From Macrostomum lignano (lineage: Eukaryota), in contig NIVC01004710.1 of the NCBI GenBank assembly GCA_002269645.1, positions 1 through 37,319 on the forward strand: a DNA stretch of 37,319 bases, read 5' to 3'. Below, piece after piece: positions 22,706 through 34,062 of this stretch. The notes beneath the pieces are model-generated. The model was not told the DNA's origin. It worked only from the letters and a program-made list of their open reading frames with translations, and did not search any database. Made by a program: the position numbers and the translations under genes. Position 1 is the stretch's first letter; every line of letters begins with the position of its first letter.

Positions 22706-25465
22706 ATGTCAGCTTTTGTATCAACCGTGGCCTATGAGACGGAGCTGAACAACATAGTGAAGGAGTACCTGGAGAGCCTGGGCTATGACCAGACGTCAGC
22801 CGCATTTGATCGCGAATGCGCCGAGCGCAGCAAGCCGGTACCGAGCGTTCCCGCCGCATTGCGCACCAACTCTGCGTCCGTTACGGCGCAAAAGACCATG
22901 CTGCGCCACTTTCACAAGGGAGAAAGAGAGGCCTTCTTCCAACTGTGGGAGCAGCAGCTGAGTCACAAGCTGCGCCAGGTAGACTCAGTGGCCCAGAAAC
23001 TGGAGTTCTACCTGCACATCTACTTCGCCACGTACTCGGTAATCAATGTCTTTTTGCCGCAAAATTACGAGTCGAAAATGACAGAGAATCCCCGGGTCCC
23101 AATTATTTACCTCTCCACCAGTCAGAGGTACAGTTGCCACTTGTCCATAGGTGATTTGACACGGTGGAAATCGCACACCCTGTCACATATCTACCTGTCT
23201 CGCATTAATTCAAACTGTCTGACTCCCGTTTATTTTTATTTTTTATGCTCCTAAATTTCAGGTGAGACACGAAGGCATCACAGACGATGAAGCCGTGTCC
23301 GACTTTCGGCACTTCCTAGAAACAAAAGGCGCCCAGCTCAGCCAGACGACCGAGTTCCTGCCTTTCTACGCCCTGCCCTATGTTCCTGATCCGCGCAGCC
23401 ATCCGAGCTTTCGGGATGTCTTCAGCGATCGCTGGGTACCGGAACTGCAGCTGAGGCTGGAGCGGTTCCTCGCCATGGTACTGGATTCGGAGCGGAACCA
23501 GTGCCGCCTCTTCGAGCTGTACCGGGGCGCCGGCTCCGGCTCTGCTGGCGGCTCCGCGACCGATCTGCAGGTGGGTGCCACGGCCTTTCAGGTCAATTAT
23601 TACTCAGCCAACAAGAATTAATAGACAATGAATTCTATATTTTACATCGTCTAGAAACTTACACGATCCAATGTTAAACCAGCTGTTACCAGCTAAGCTG
23701 GCATGTTTATTAGCCCTGCCTTTGCTGCGCATTCGCAGGCCCAACTAGTTGAGGCAGAGAGGCGGGCGACGCAGTACGTGAGACGGCACAACAAGGTGCA
23801 GGCGGACTATCACAACCTCATCGGCATCACTGCCGAGCTGGTGGACACACTCGAGGCCTCGCTGCAGGGCCGGCCGGTGAACCCGCAGTTCCTGCAGCAG
23901 ATCTGCGCGCGGCTGTTTCAGGCGCAGACGGGCAGCCTTGACCTCACTCGGCCGGGCTCTGCCGGCCAGGCGCTGAGGCAGAGCGTCCGCGACTCTGGCA
24001 AGGCAGCCGCCAACGCCGTCCCGGCCTCGGCTGGAGCGGCCTCCGCATCCGCTGCCGCCGCCGCGGGCGCCACCGACTACGATCGACTGCGACGGGATCT
24101 TGCCAGCTCTGACGACGCTCTGCGCTCCGGCCTCCTCCAGGCGCTACGATGGCGCCTCACCAGGGCTGAGGGCGAGGCCAGGCAGCGCTGCGTAGGCCAG
24201 TGGGTATCCCACGACCTCCTGGGCATGGCAGGGCAGGCGGAGCCGCCCCCGCTGCTGCTTGGCTGCCTGCGCTCCAATGACCGGCGAGTACGGGAGTCGG
24301 CCGGCCGGCTGCTAAACGCTTTTGCATCCGTGTGCCGAGGCCGGACCTACCTGACATCCGGCCAGGCCAGCGACAGCCTGCTGCAGGCGCTGGTGCAGCT
24401 CTGCAGAGAGTCGCCGGAGGATCAGGTAGGTTGCTACACGAGATTCGTTGGGAGAGGCGTAGAACTCTAGGAGTTGAAGCCCTGTTAGATTAATTCCTCT
24501 TTGGCGAGGAGCTGGTCGTATGCGCCTGCCTTCATGCTGCTAGCTTTCGCTCTCTACACTATAGTTAAGGTTAAGTTTGCTGCATATCATGTCCTCTCCA
24601 GACCGGGTCTCCGGCAGTGCGCGACCAACTAGTGGGCGCCCTACAAAAGCTGAGCCTGCGCCGTCGAATGCAGACTGGCATGATCCGGCGGGACCTCATC
24701 GACTGGCTGGCCGACCAGCTGGCTGAGCACGACGGCCTCAGCGACTACGGCCTCGAGTACACGGTGGCGCTGCTTATGAACCTCTGCCTTCGCACTGCCG
24801 GCAAGAAGTACTGCTCGCCGCCCCGGGCTAAAAAAGTACTGAAGGTACTCAGTGACCTGCTCGGTCACGAGAACCGTGACATTCTGCCGTACGTAAACGG
24901 CGCTCTCTACAGCATCCTGGCTGTGCCCGCCATCAGAGCTGAGGCTCGCGCCATGGACCTGGAGGCTGTGCTCAACTGCTTCATCAAGGAGGACTCGCCG
25001 GACATGAACCGGCAGCTGGAGTTTATTATCCGACAGCTCAACTCCGAGGAGGAGGCCGAATTGCGCGACTCCGAGGACGAGGCCGAGCCTGACGATGACG
25101 AAGACGAAGAAGCCGATGTGATCGGTGGGTGCTTGGCGAGCGCTGCCACAGTGCTGACTGACGGACTCAGATTTTCGATTCCACTTTGCTTTAGTGGAAA
25201 GCCTACGAGTATCCATAAAAACTGCATCGTCTGAAAGTTTTCCCCATCCACAGAACCTGATGTCGACAGAGACGACTCAGTGGCGCATTCTCCATCGGGT
25301 GAAGCCCTTCTTCGAAACTACTCGCCCCAGCAGGAGGCAGGGTCCGCTGCTGCGACCTCTGGCGAGCTGCTGACGCGTCCGGTGACGCCGGGCAATCGGC
25401 CTCCAACCCGAGCGGGCAAGACGGGGGGTCTGCAGGCTCTGGAGATGGAGGAGCTTGAGGCCGGA

Positions 25466-25502
<37 letters not shown>

Positions 25503-25765
25503 GGCAGGACACCGGCCGGAGACCCCGGACTGGCGGTGACTCGCGGCCGGTCAGCACGGAGAGCCGGCCACGGACTGGCCAGGGAGACCGCAAGGCGCGG
25601 ACCGGCACTGGCGGCGGTGGCAGAGGCGAAGGCGGTGGAGGCGGTGGAGGCAAAGCCGATGAAGCCTTCATCAGCCGGCCCAAGCTGCCTCGCACGCCGG
25701 AGCCGACCAAGTCGCATGCGTTGCCCAGGACGCGGCCCGGTAGTTCCGGTCAGCAGCGGAAATGA
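22706..25765 (+). CDS. ARMC9: LisH domain-containing protein ARMC9 (ciliary). Exons 22706-23038, 23262-23570, 23739-24425, 24602-25124, 25254-25765; about 787 aa
   Basis: Recognisable ARMC9 blocks: N-terminal LisH ([11 protein letters not shown]), [117 protein letters not shown]. All four GT-AG introns are phase-compatible. Confidence 0.96.
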
Positions 25766-26614
25766 CTGAACTGACTGCCTATGGACTGCATGGAGCAGTT
25801 CAGCGTCGCATAAATGACAAGATTATTGAACTTGGATTGATCATACTGACCGAACTTCTGACTAATTAAGGTTGTTGGCAGAACAAGAGTTCGAGCTGGA
25901 GAGTTTCAGCAGCATATAGTTGCATTAGCTGTTGTATTCTCGATGTGATAATCACTGCACCTCTGCTCCCTGTCCTGCAGAATATTCTATTGCATTATTT
26001 CTTGTTTCCGGGACCGAGCACGAAACCCTGCTGTTTATGAATATTTTAATACTCTTATTACCGAATTATAGCCACCTCGTATTCTTTGTTTTTATTTCTT
26101 GACCTATATTTACCTGATTATCACTTAGAAGTAAGAGGACCGAGTCCATACAACAGAATTTTAGTGTATAAACAGTCTGCCACATGCATGCTTTCCGTCC
26201 GCGCTCCGCTGGTAGCTTCTTGACTGCACTCTGCTTTATTCGCAAATTATTTTTACTATGGGTCACTGAAAAAATACACTGAATTACAACTTGGACTCAA
26301 CCTGACTGACTGGACAGAGCCGCAGCTTCCTAAATGCTTTACGATATTATATGGACTTCGAGCATGGCTTGTACAACCATAAACAGCTGGATTTGATTCG
26401 ATTTCACGATCGACAAACTGCGCAACTATTAGAGTTGAAAGTCATTCATTCACCAGGGAAATCGCCACGAAATCGTGGATCATTTTTTGAAAAGTAGAGA
26501 ACTCATTATGTATTTTACAAAAAAAATGGTTTGAGCGCACAGCTTTGCGCCTTAAAAGTACAAAGTGATAAGCCGCATACAAAAAAAACAAAAAATGAGG
26601 ATGGTTAACGCCAA

Positions 26615-27742
26615 TCATCCGCCAGGGCCTTCAGTCATGTCGGTCCAGAACAGCTGCTCCAAATCGGACTGCTCCCACTTGGATGGCTTCATCACAAAGA
26701 AGGTGCCAGCCTCTCGGGCCTCTTTGCTTGACTGGATGATCTGCAGCACTCCACCACTGTTGGTCTGGATGCCGCAGTAGCCGGGTGCGCTGAACAGCGT
26801 GATGCAGCGCCTATCCAGACTCACTCGAAAGCCGGCCTGCGCCATCTGGTGGCCTCGCACTAGCAGCTTGACGCGGAACATTCGCAGCACCTGCTGCAAG
26901 GCGGCGCCCGAGAACAGGAACGAGCACTGGCGGCGCGCGCTGTGCACCCACTTGGCCTCTTTCATCTCGTTGCTGTTGCTGAAGTAGACCATTGTGGAGC
27001 CGGGATTCGGGTCGGCCCACAGGAGGTCCATGGCCAGGCCCGATCGCTTGGGTTCCAGAGGCCGGTGCAGCTGGCTGCTGAGGGCATTCAGGTTCAACTG
27101 TCGGTTGCCATTTGTGTCGAACGGCTTGAGCATCATCGAGGGCGACAGGCCACCGTGGCAGCAGATGATTCGGCCGTCGACAATCGCGCAGAGCGGCATC
27201 CAATGGAAAGCGCGAATGAAGCCGCTAAGCACCTGGTTGGCCTGAATCTTGGAGAATCGCTGCTGAATTTCCGCTCTGAAGCCATACCTGCAGCAGACGC
27301 TGGCAGTCTCATGGTTGCCACGCAGCAGGAACACGGAGTTCGGGTGCATCAGCATCTGCACAAACAGTAGCATAATCACTTCCAGCGAGAACTTGCCTCG
27401 GTCCACGTAGTCTCCGAGAAACAGGTACTTTGAGTCCGGTGGCTTGCCGAGCGAGTCAAATATTCGGAGCAGGTCATGGAACTGGCCGTGAATATCCGCT
27501 ACCACATTCAGAGGCGACTGCAGCATAAGGCAGATGTCTCTCGTTTTCATGCTCTCGACAGCCAAGTGGCAGACGGTGAGGCACTCGGCAGAGGACAGCT
27601 GCACGTGGTTGTGACTGCTGGAGGTGTTCATGCTCATCAGCCGCAGCGCTAACTGCTTCAGGTCGGCCTCGAATATTGACCTCTGCACCGCAGTGTCGGT
27701 TGACCCGGTATCCGACTGCTTCGAATCTTTTGGCTTGGACAT
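26615..27742 (-). CDS. Intronless, divergent PP1-like serine/threonine phosphatase catalytic subunit (PPP family), 375 aa
   Basis: Metal/catalytic motifs DIHGQ, GDYVDRG, LRGNHE, HGG, DLLWADP, RGHQ, FSAPGYCG. Confidence 0.92.
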   Translation of the reverse strand: MSKPKDSKQSDTGSTDTAVQRSIFEADLKQLALRLMSMNTSSSHNHVQLSSAECLTVCHLAVESMKTRDICLMLQSPLNVVADIHGQFHDLLRIFDSLGKPPDSKYLFLGDYVDRGKFSLEVIMLLFVQMLMHPNSVFLLRGNHETASVCCRYGFRAEIQQRFSKIQANQVLSGFIRAFHWMPLCAIVDGRIICCHGGLSPSMMLKPFDTNGNRQLNLNALSSQLHRPLEPKRSGLAMDLLWADPNPGSTMVYFSNSNEMKEAKWVHSARRQCSFLFSGAALQQVLRMFRVKLLVRGHQMAQAGFRVSLDRRCITLFSAPGYCGIQTNSGGVLQIIQSSKEAREAGTFFVMKPSKWEQSDLEQLFWTDMTEGPGG

Positions 27743-30190
27743 AACCGAGCCACCCTGCGGTGCTGGAGTCTGAAATTTCTACTGCGCTCGACTCTGCATG
27801 CACGGTTCTGTTTGCGTGCGTGCGCTCCAATGCTACTTGCATGAGAAGCGAAATTTGAGGGAAAGGCTGCAGAAGCTCGGGTCTCAGACCATAGACCAAA
27901 TCAGCTTACGCTGGCATTGCCTATTTTTAGCCTTCCGCATCTTTCCCTACGCTTTTTGTGGTTTTTCGGTACCATAGTAACAAATGGGAGGTTTATCGCG
28001 TAATTTTATCTTAGATCCCCGGCATCATTGTCCATGACTATGGCACTGTGTCCTGCACTATAAGAGCATGGCACGTAGGATGAATCAGTTCAAATGTCGC
28101 AAAGACAATGTTGGTCTTCTCTTTACCCACTCAGAAGGCGTAGCTCGTATATTCTGCAATCTGACTGGCTCTGTGTGAATCGCTCTAAACTATACTGTAG
28201 AATGTGAGTTCTATTAAGCTGGCCGATCCATATTAATCCAAAATGGCACTCAATACTCATTCGAACTTAGAATGATCGTCCCAGTTCTAGCTAACATGGA
28301 GGAATAAATACTCCAAAATTAAATGACGATAGAGAAAAATTGCATGGGGCAAAAACGCTTAAAAACTACTCTACTCTCAGTAATTTCAATATTTACTTCA
28401 GTATATAGTTTCATGGACAGAAATAGTAAGACTAATTTTATAAACTTAGTAAATTTTTAAATGTACGCGCAGCTGATTTCAGAATGACAGATAAATATAC
28501 GATTTGAAGATTATGAGCTTCTTTGAGTTCAACTGGAGGAGTTTTTGGCACCCCCTGGTTGCTTTTCAACTGTTTTTTTCTCCACAACTAGACGAGGCAG
28601 GGAAAGTAATGCTGGCGTAACTTTCCGTGGTAGCGTCGCGCAGCTTTGAATTAATTAGTACACCTGTAACGGGTTTGAAATTAAATTAACTTGACGGTGC
28701 TAAGTATTAAATTCCACCGCTGCGAACCAAATGAAATAAGCGTAAAATTGATTAAACGTAACGGTGTTAAAATATTAATCCTAGTTCTAACTCTGCTACT
28801 AACGAGTAGTCTCTCGCGGGTCTGAAATCTAGCGCTAAGCCGGAATGGGCTTATTGTCTCGCGCGCCCTATAAATTCCTTGGTCTCTTTGTCTCGCTAGA
28901 CTCCTAGATTTCCAGTGGGCTCTCTGTCTCTCTAGGTCTTTGTCTGACTGCAGACCGTGAGTCACTCGGACTTTTAACCGGTAATGACTCAGCGTCTGGC
29001 GCGGATGAAATGGGCTCAACGTCCGCGAACTCTTAACAGGCGGAGTGACTAGTTTCTCTATTTCCGCTGACAATAGTAACTTATACTATCGGTAGCTGCG
29101 ATAATAGGGCCTAAAGTTATACTACTTATACTGCACCAGCCGAAGAGCGCTACCCTGAGATGGTCTGATAGAGTGCGACCGATAATTTCTTGAATACGAG
29201 CTAAATTGCGTTCCCTTGTCGATCAATAATTAATCCCAAAGCTAGATAAATCACGAAAGATAGTTCGCTGCCACCAATCGAAGCTATGATTAAATTGACT
29301 GAGGCAAGCCGTTCCTCAAAGAAAGATTTGATTAGTTGAACTTAAATGTAATAACTCAAATTGAACTTTGAACTAATATTGACAAATGTAATTTTTGAAC
29401 AAACAAATTAACTAGCGCACCAGCAGTAAATTAACGATAGAAACTTGACATAAAAATAATTAACAAAGACACATAAATATAAGCTCGGCCTCCCGTGTCT
29501 TTACCAACACATGCTTTCTGTTAGAGCTAATAATATTTAGGTCTAGTCTAATAACTATTCTCAATATGCACGAACTTTAATAACACTAAGATTCATGCTG
29601 AGTATTGATAACTAACTGATTAACTAAGTTACTAGGCACTACAGGCCGGGCCTACACAAGCCAAACTTAACTAGACTGGGAGCACACAGTCCGGGCAAAC
29701 GAAAGCGGACTATCTAGGGCCAACAAGCGCGCGGAGATTCAAACTAGTGCGCGCGGTATTTATACTCGCAATGCTAGTGCATTCTAACAAATAATATACA
29801 CTTTGTAGCACACAGTTACTGTACGCTATTCGTTGGCGCATGTGCATGAATTTCCAGGGAATTAGTTTCGTCTGTTAGTAATTCCAATTGTTTCATTAGT
29901 AATTGCATAATTACTCGTAACGCGTAATCCATTTGGAGCCCTACCCACACACACTGAATGAATCAGCAATGCATGCATGGCCTTGCAGCTTGGGAGACTT
30001 AAGCTTTGTTGTCCTTCTTTGAAAAAAATCTTGAGCATTGCCGTCAAAAAGTTAACAAGCTAGCTACTGAAGTGTAATGTCGATGGCAAGTCGCAAACAG
30101 TTTAATTTTTTTCGTGGAGATGGAGAAAAGTCACAAGTGTGGATTTTTTTGTTTTTTTTCATGCTAAGTTTCAGTTTCAAAATTTATTAC

Positions 30191-30366
30191 TGTCAGTGAT
30201 GCACTTGTAACTATAATTTATTGTACGCACATCTGCGCCCCAGCCGCCCCGTCCCCCAATCATGTACGTTGCTATCGATTGCTCAGCCCCCCTCGCCCCT
30301 CTATATAATATGCTTTTTGGCACTCTTGAATAATACACGTTTTCTCTCGGTTGCACGTTCATTACA
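30191..30366 (+). repeat. 5' LTR (176 bp)
   Basis: TGTCAG...ATTACA, with TATATAA near 30302. Direct repeat of 33888-34062. Confidence 0.96.
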
Positions 30367-30395
30367 TGGCGTCGCAAGCTAGCTAGCCTCAGAGC

Positions 30396-31196
30396 ATGGA
30401 CCTGAAGCCACCCGAAGAGTTGGAGACGGACTCCAACGAGTCTTGGAAACGCTGGCGACAGAGATTTTTGATATACCTCAAGGCAACTGGAATTGTTGGC
30501 GAAGAGCGTCGAATAAATTTGTTTTTGCACCTGATCGGTGACAATGGCCTTGACATTTATAACACCCTGGAGACAGAAATAGAAGAGGAAACAGCGGAGG
30601 GTGCAACGGCAAGGCGACCAATAGCTTTTGACGAGTTGCTGGAGCTATTCGATGAGCACTTCAGTCCGCGTACGAGTGAAGTCTTCGAGCGTTTTAAGTT
30701 CTGGGAACGCGACCAGAAGGACTCTGAGCCAGTCGACCTGTTTGTGACTGATTTGAAACGTCTGGCTGGAACGTGCAATTTCGAAACACAAAAAGAGAAA
30801 ATGATTCGAGACAAGATTGTCCTGGGGTGCAACGACTCACGAATGCGAGAGCGGCTACTTCGAGAACCGGACTTGGACCTGAGAACGGCAATTGACATGT
30901 GCAGAGCTGCAGAGTCCGCGCGACATCAGCTAAAGGAAGTCGAGAAAGGCCTAAACGTCGTAAGGTTGTCACCTGCTCCGGCAGCGCCTCGGCAGCAACA
31001 AATCCGCAACTCAGGGCGCCCAGTGTCGAGTAAGCGGCCCAGTCGACGGCGCAGGGCCAACCTGGCCAAAATTCGAACCCGAGTCAACTTCAGGGACGCC
31101 TTCCTGGAGAAAGTCGCTGTCACAACGGCGGTTACAGTCATCGTGATGGCAAGTGTCCGGCTTTTGGTAAGCGGTGTCTGTCCTGTGGCCGCCTGA
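30396..31196 (+). CDS. gag: Retrotransposon Gag (capsid part), out of frame with its own zinc knuckles
   Basis: Mag-type gag motifs WKRWRQRF, FDEHFSP, FERFKFW, MIRDKIVLG, RLLREPDLDL. Confidence 0.9.
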   Translation: MDLKPPEELETDSNESWKRWRQRFLIYLKATGIVGEERRINLFLHLIGDNGLDIYNTLETEIEEETAEGATARRPIAFDELLELFDEHFSPRTSEVFERFKFWERDQKDSEPVDLFVTDLKRLAGTCNFETQKEKMIRDKIVLGCNDSRMRERLLREPDLDLRTAIDMCRAAESARHQLKEVEKGLNVVRLSPAPAAPRQQQIRNSGRPVSSKRPSRRRRANLAKIRTRVNFRDAFLEKVAVTTAVTVIVMASVRLLVSGVCPVAA

Positions 31197-33766
31197 ACCA
31201 CTTTCGCAGTCAATGTCGAAGCAACAATAACCGGAGGGTTATGACTGTAACAGCAGCTGAAGGTGAGGATGCTAGTGCTGGTGAAGAGGTGTATTTTATC
31301 GGAACGCTGCAGACTGATAACGGTTCCAGTTGGTTAGCAGAAGTTCAGCTTCCAGATGGTAAAAAGCTGCAATGCAAGCTAGACACCGGAGCAGAGGTGA
31401 GCGTGTTGCCAGCAGATTATTTCCCAGTCGGTGAGCAGTTGCTAAAAACTCACACTGTGTTGACGGCCTTTGGAGGAGCTCGCATTCCTGTCGTTGGAAA
31501 GTGTCGTTTGAAGGTAAAGGTGCAGGGTCGGCCGTGCGAGATAGAGTTTATGGTTTCAGAGGTTCAACAAGCAATCATTGGTTTACCAGCGCTAAAGGAT
31601 CTGGACCTAATTCGACGAGTTGAAAGCGTTAGACAGCCACCAGTGATTGACGAAAAGTTCGTGCTAGAGGAATTTAGTGACCTGTTTGACGACAAACTTG
31701 GCTGTTTGCCTTACGTGCACTCGTTTACTCTTGATAAACATGCTGTTCCTGTCGTCAATGCTCCGAGAAAGATTCCCTTTGCGCTGCAAGGCAAAGTTCA
31801 GGAGGAGTTAAAGCGCATGGAGGCCCTCGGAGTCATCGTTAAAGTTTCTGAGCCAACGGATTGGGTAAACTCTTTGGTTACTGTGCACAAGCCAGATGGC
31901 AGCCTGCGACTGTGTATCGATCCGACACATCTCAACAAAGCTATCAAGCGCGCTCACTACCCGATGACAACAGTCGAGCAAGTTGTTGCGCGCATCCCAG
32001 GTGCCAAGTACTTCACCGTGCTGGATGCAAAGACTGGTTTTTGGCAGATAAGACTTGACGAAGAAAGTACACAGCTCTGTACTTTCAACACTCCGTGGGG
32101 CAGATACAAGTTCGTTCGCCTGCCCCCAGGAACTATTGATGCACCGGAAGTCTACCAACGTGAGCTAAGCAAAATTTTCAGCAGCTGGGCTGAGGTAATT
32201 GTTGATGATATGCTTGTCTGGGGACGGACCCGCGAAGAGCACGATCAGAAGCTACTCAAGGTGCTCAGTGAGGCCCGTCAGTCGAATTTAAAGCTAAATC
32301 GCAAGAAATTGAAAGTTGGTGTTTCTTCAGTAAACTATGTCGGTCATGTGATCTCATCTGACGGTGTTCGTCCAGATCCTGCTAAAGTAAAAGCCATTCA
32401 AGAGCTTCCGGTTCCAGGTGATAAGCAGGCAGTGATGCGGCTGCTTGGCATGGCAACGTACCTGGGCAAGTTTATTCCGAATGCGTCGGACATCACTGAA
32501 CCTCTTCGTGCCCTGCTCAAGAAGGAGGTGCTTTTTGACTGGCAAGAGAAGCAGCAGCAAGCTTTTGAGAAGCTAAAAGATGTTCTGTCGGACGCTCCTG
32601 TGCTAAGGTTGTTTGACGCCGATATGGAAGTTGAGCTTCAAGTTGACAGTTCATCGGTCGGAGTTGGTTGCGTTTTGCTGCAGAATGGACAGCCTGTGGC
32701 GTATGGATCGGCTGCGCTGACCAACACGCAAAAGAACTATGCTCAGATTGAGAAGGAGACTCTGGCCGTTGTTATTGCTTGCAAGAAATTTCATGACTAC
32801 ATCTATGGCCTACCAGTAGTACGAGTGACTACAGACCACAAGCCCCTGGAGGTTATTTTTAAGCGTGACTTGCTGCATCTTCCGCCACGCATTGCTCGAA
32901 TGCTTTACCAACTCAAAAGATATAATCTGCGTGTATCCTGGGCACCGGGATCCAAGATGCTGATTGCCGATACGCTTTCAAGAGCTTACCTTCCGGAGGC
33001 CGAGGCTGCTCTAGACGACGAAATTGAGGTGGAGGTGCATCAAATGAGCAAGAGCCTCCCGATTTCTGCCATTCGTTTGCAAGAAATCCGAGACGAGACC
33101 CGCAAAGATTCGGACTTAAGTTCTGTAGCCCGGTTTGTTCAGACGGGTTGGCCAAGCAACTTTCGGAACATTTGCCACTCTGTCCGTCCGTATTGGAGCT
33201 TCAAGGAGGACTTGACCTACAATGATGGCGTGCTGATGAAGTTGGACCGCGTTATTGTTCCAGCATCGTTGCGGCAGAAGATTCTGCAAATTTTACACGA
33301 AGGTCATGGTGGCGCGGGCAAGACGGAGGCCCGAGCTCGTCAAATTCTGTACTGGCCAGGCATGTCAGCGGACATTAAGAACTTCGTGAAGAACTGCAGC
33401 ATTTGTCAAACGTTTCAGCCGGCCAACCGAAAGGAACCGCTGTTGAACCATCAGATTCCGAATGCACCATGGACCAAGGTTGGTTGTGATCTGCTGGACT
33501 TCAATGGTGACAAGTGGCTAATCGTTACCTGTTATTACAGCAACTGGATCGAACTGGCAAAGTTAGGTCAACAGTCTGGAGCTGACTTGGTGATTGCTCG
33601 AATTAAGTCGATGTTCGCCAGGTTCGGTATCGTCGAAGAGCTGGTCAGTGACAATGAGCCCCCAGAAAATATTCCAAATATTTTTATTCCTTATCTAAAT
33701 CGAATTTCGTTGTTGATTTTTTTGTCTAAAAATATCGAAAAAAATAGTTTTTTTCATTTGTTTTAA
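31034..33766 (+). pseudogene. pol: Zinc knuckles + protease + RT + RNase H + truncated integrase (pol frame open from 31034)
   Basis: CLSCGRLNHFRSQC knuckle, protease DTGAEVS, RT IVDD, RNase H NYAQIEKE/TDHKPL/ADTLSR, integrase HEGH...CSIC, first D (GCDLL) and SDN. Homology ends near 33660, before the catalytic Glu. Confidence 0.92.
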
Positions 33767-33887
33767 AAGAAATATTTTTTGAGTTTTCGCACATGCCTAA
33801 TGCGCAAATAATGAAATGTTTTTGAAGCGATAATTCCTTCGAGCCATTGATTTTAATTCCTCCCGATTTTTGCTATTAGAAGAGAGA

Positions 33888-34062
33888 TGTCAGTGATGCA
33901 CTTGTAACTATAATTTATTGTACGCACATCTGCGCCCCAGCCGCCCCGTCCCCAATCATGTACGTTGCTATCGATTGCTCAGCCCCCCTCGCCCCTCTAT
34001 ATAATATGCTTTTTGGCACTCTTGAATAATACACGTTTTCTCTCGGTTGCACGTTCATTACA
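33888..34062 (+). repeat. 3' LTR (175 bp)
   Basis: Identical to the 5' LTR except GTCCCCAAT versus GTCCCCCAAT. Confidence 0.96.

Larger units (their letters stand above)
30191..34062 (+). mobile_element. Ty3/Gypsy LTR retrotransposon, Mag-like, 3872 bp, recent but defective
   Basis: TG...CA LTRs differ by one C. 5-bp TSD ATTAC at 30186-30190 and 34063-34067. PBS-like TGGCG directly after the 5' LTR, PPT AGAAGAGAGA at 33878-33887. Domain order gag-PR-RT-RH-IN. Confidence 0.96.

Noticed and set aside
30367-30382. Assigning the PBS (TGGCGTCGCAAGCTAG) to a specific tRNA
   Set aside because: It starts with the expected TGG, but the host tRNA set is needed to call Ser, Leu or Arg.
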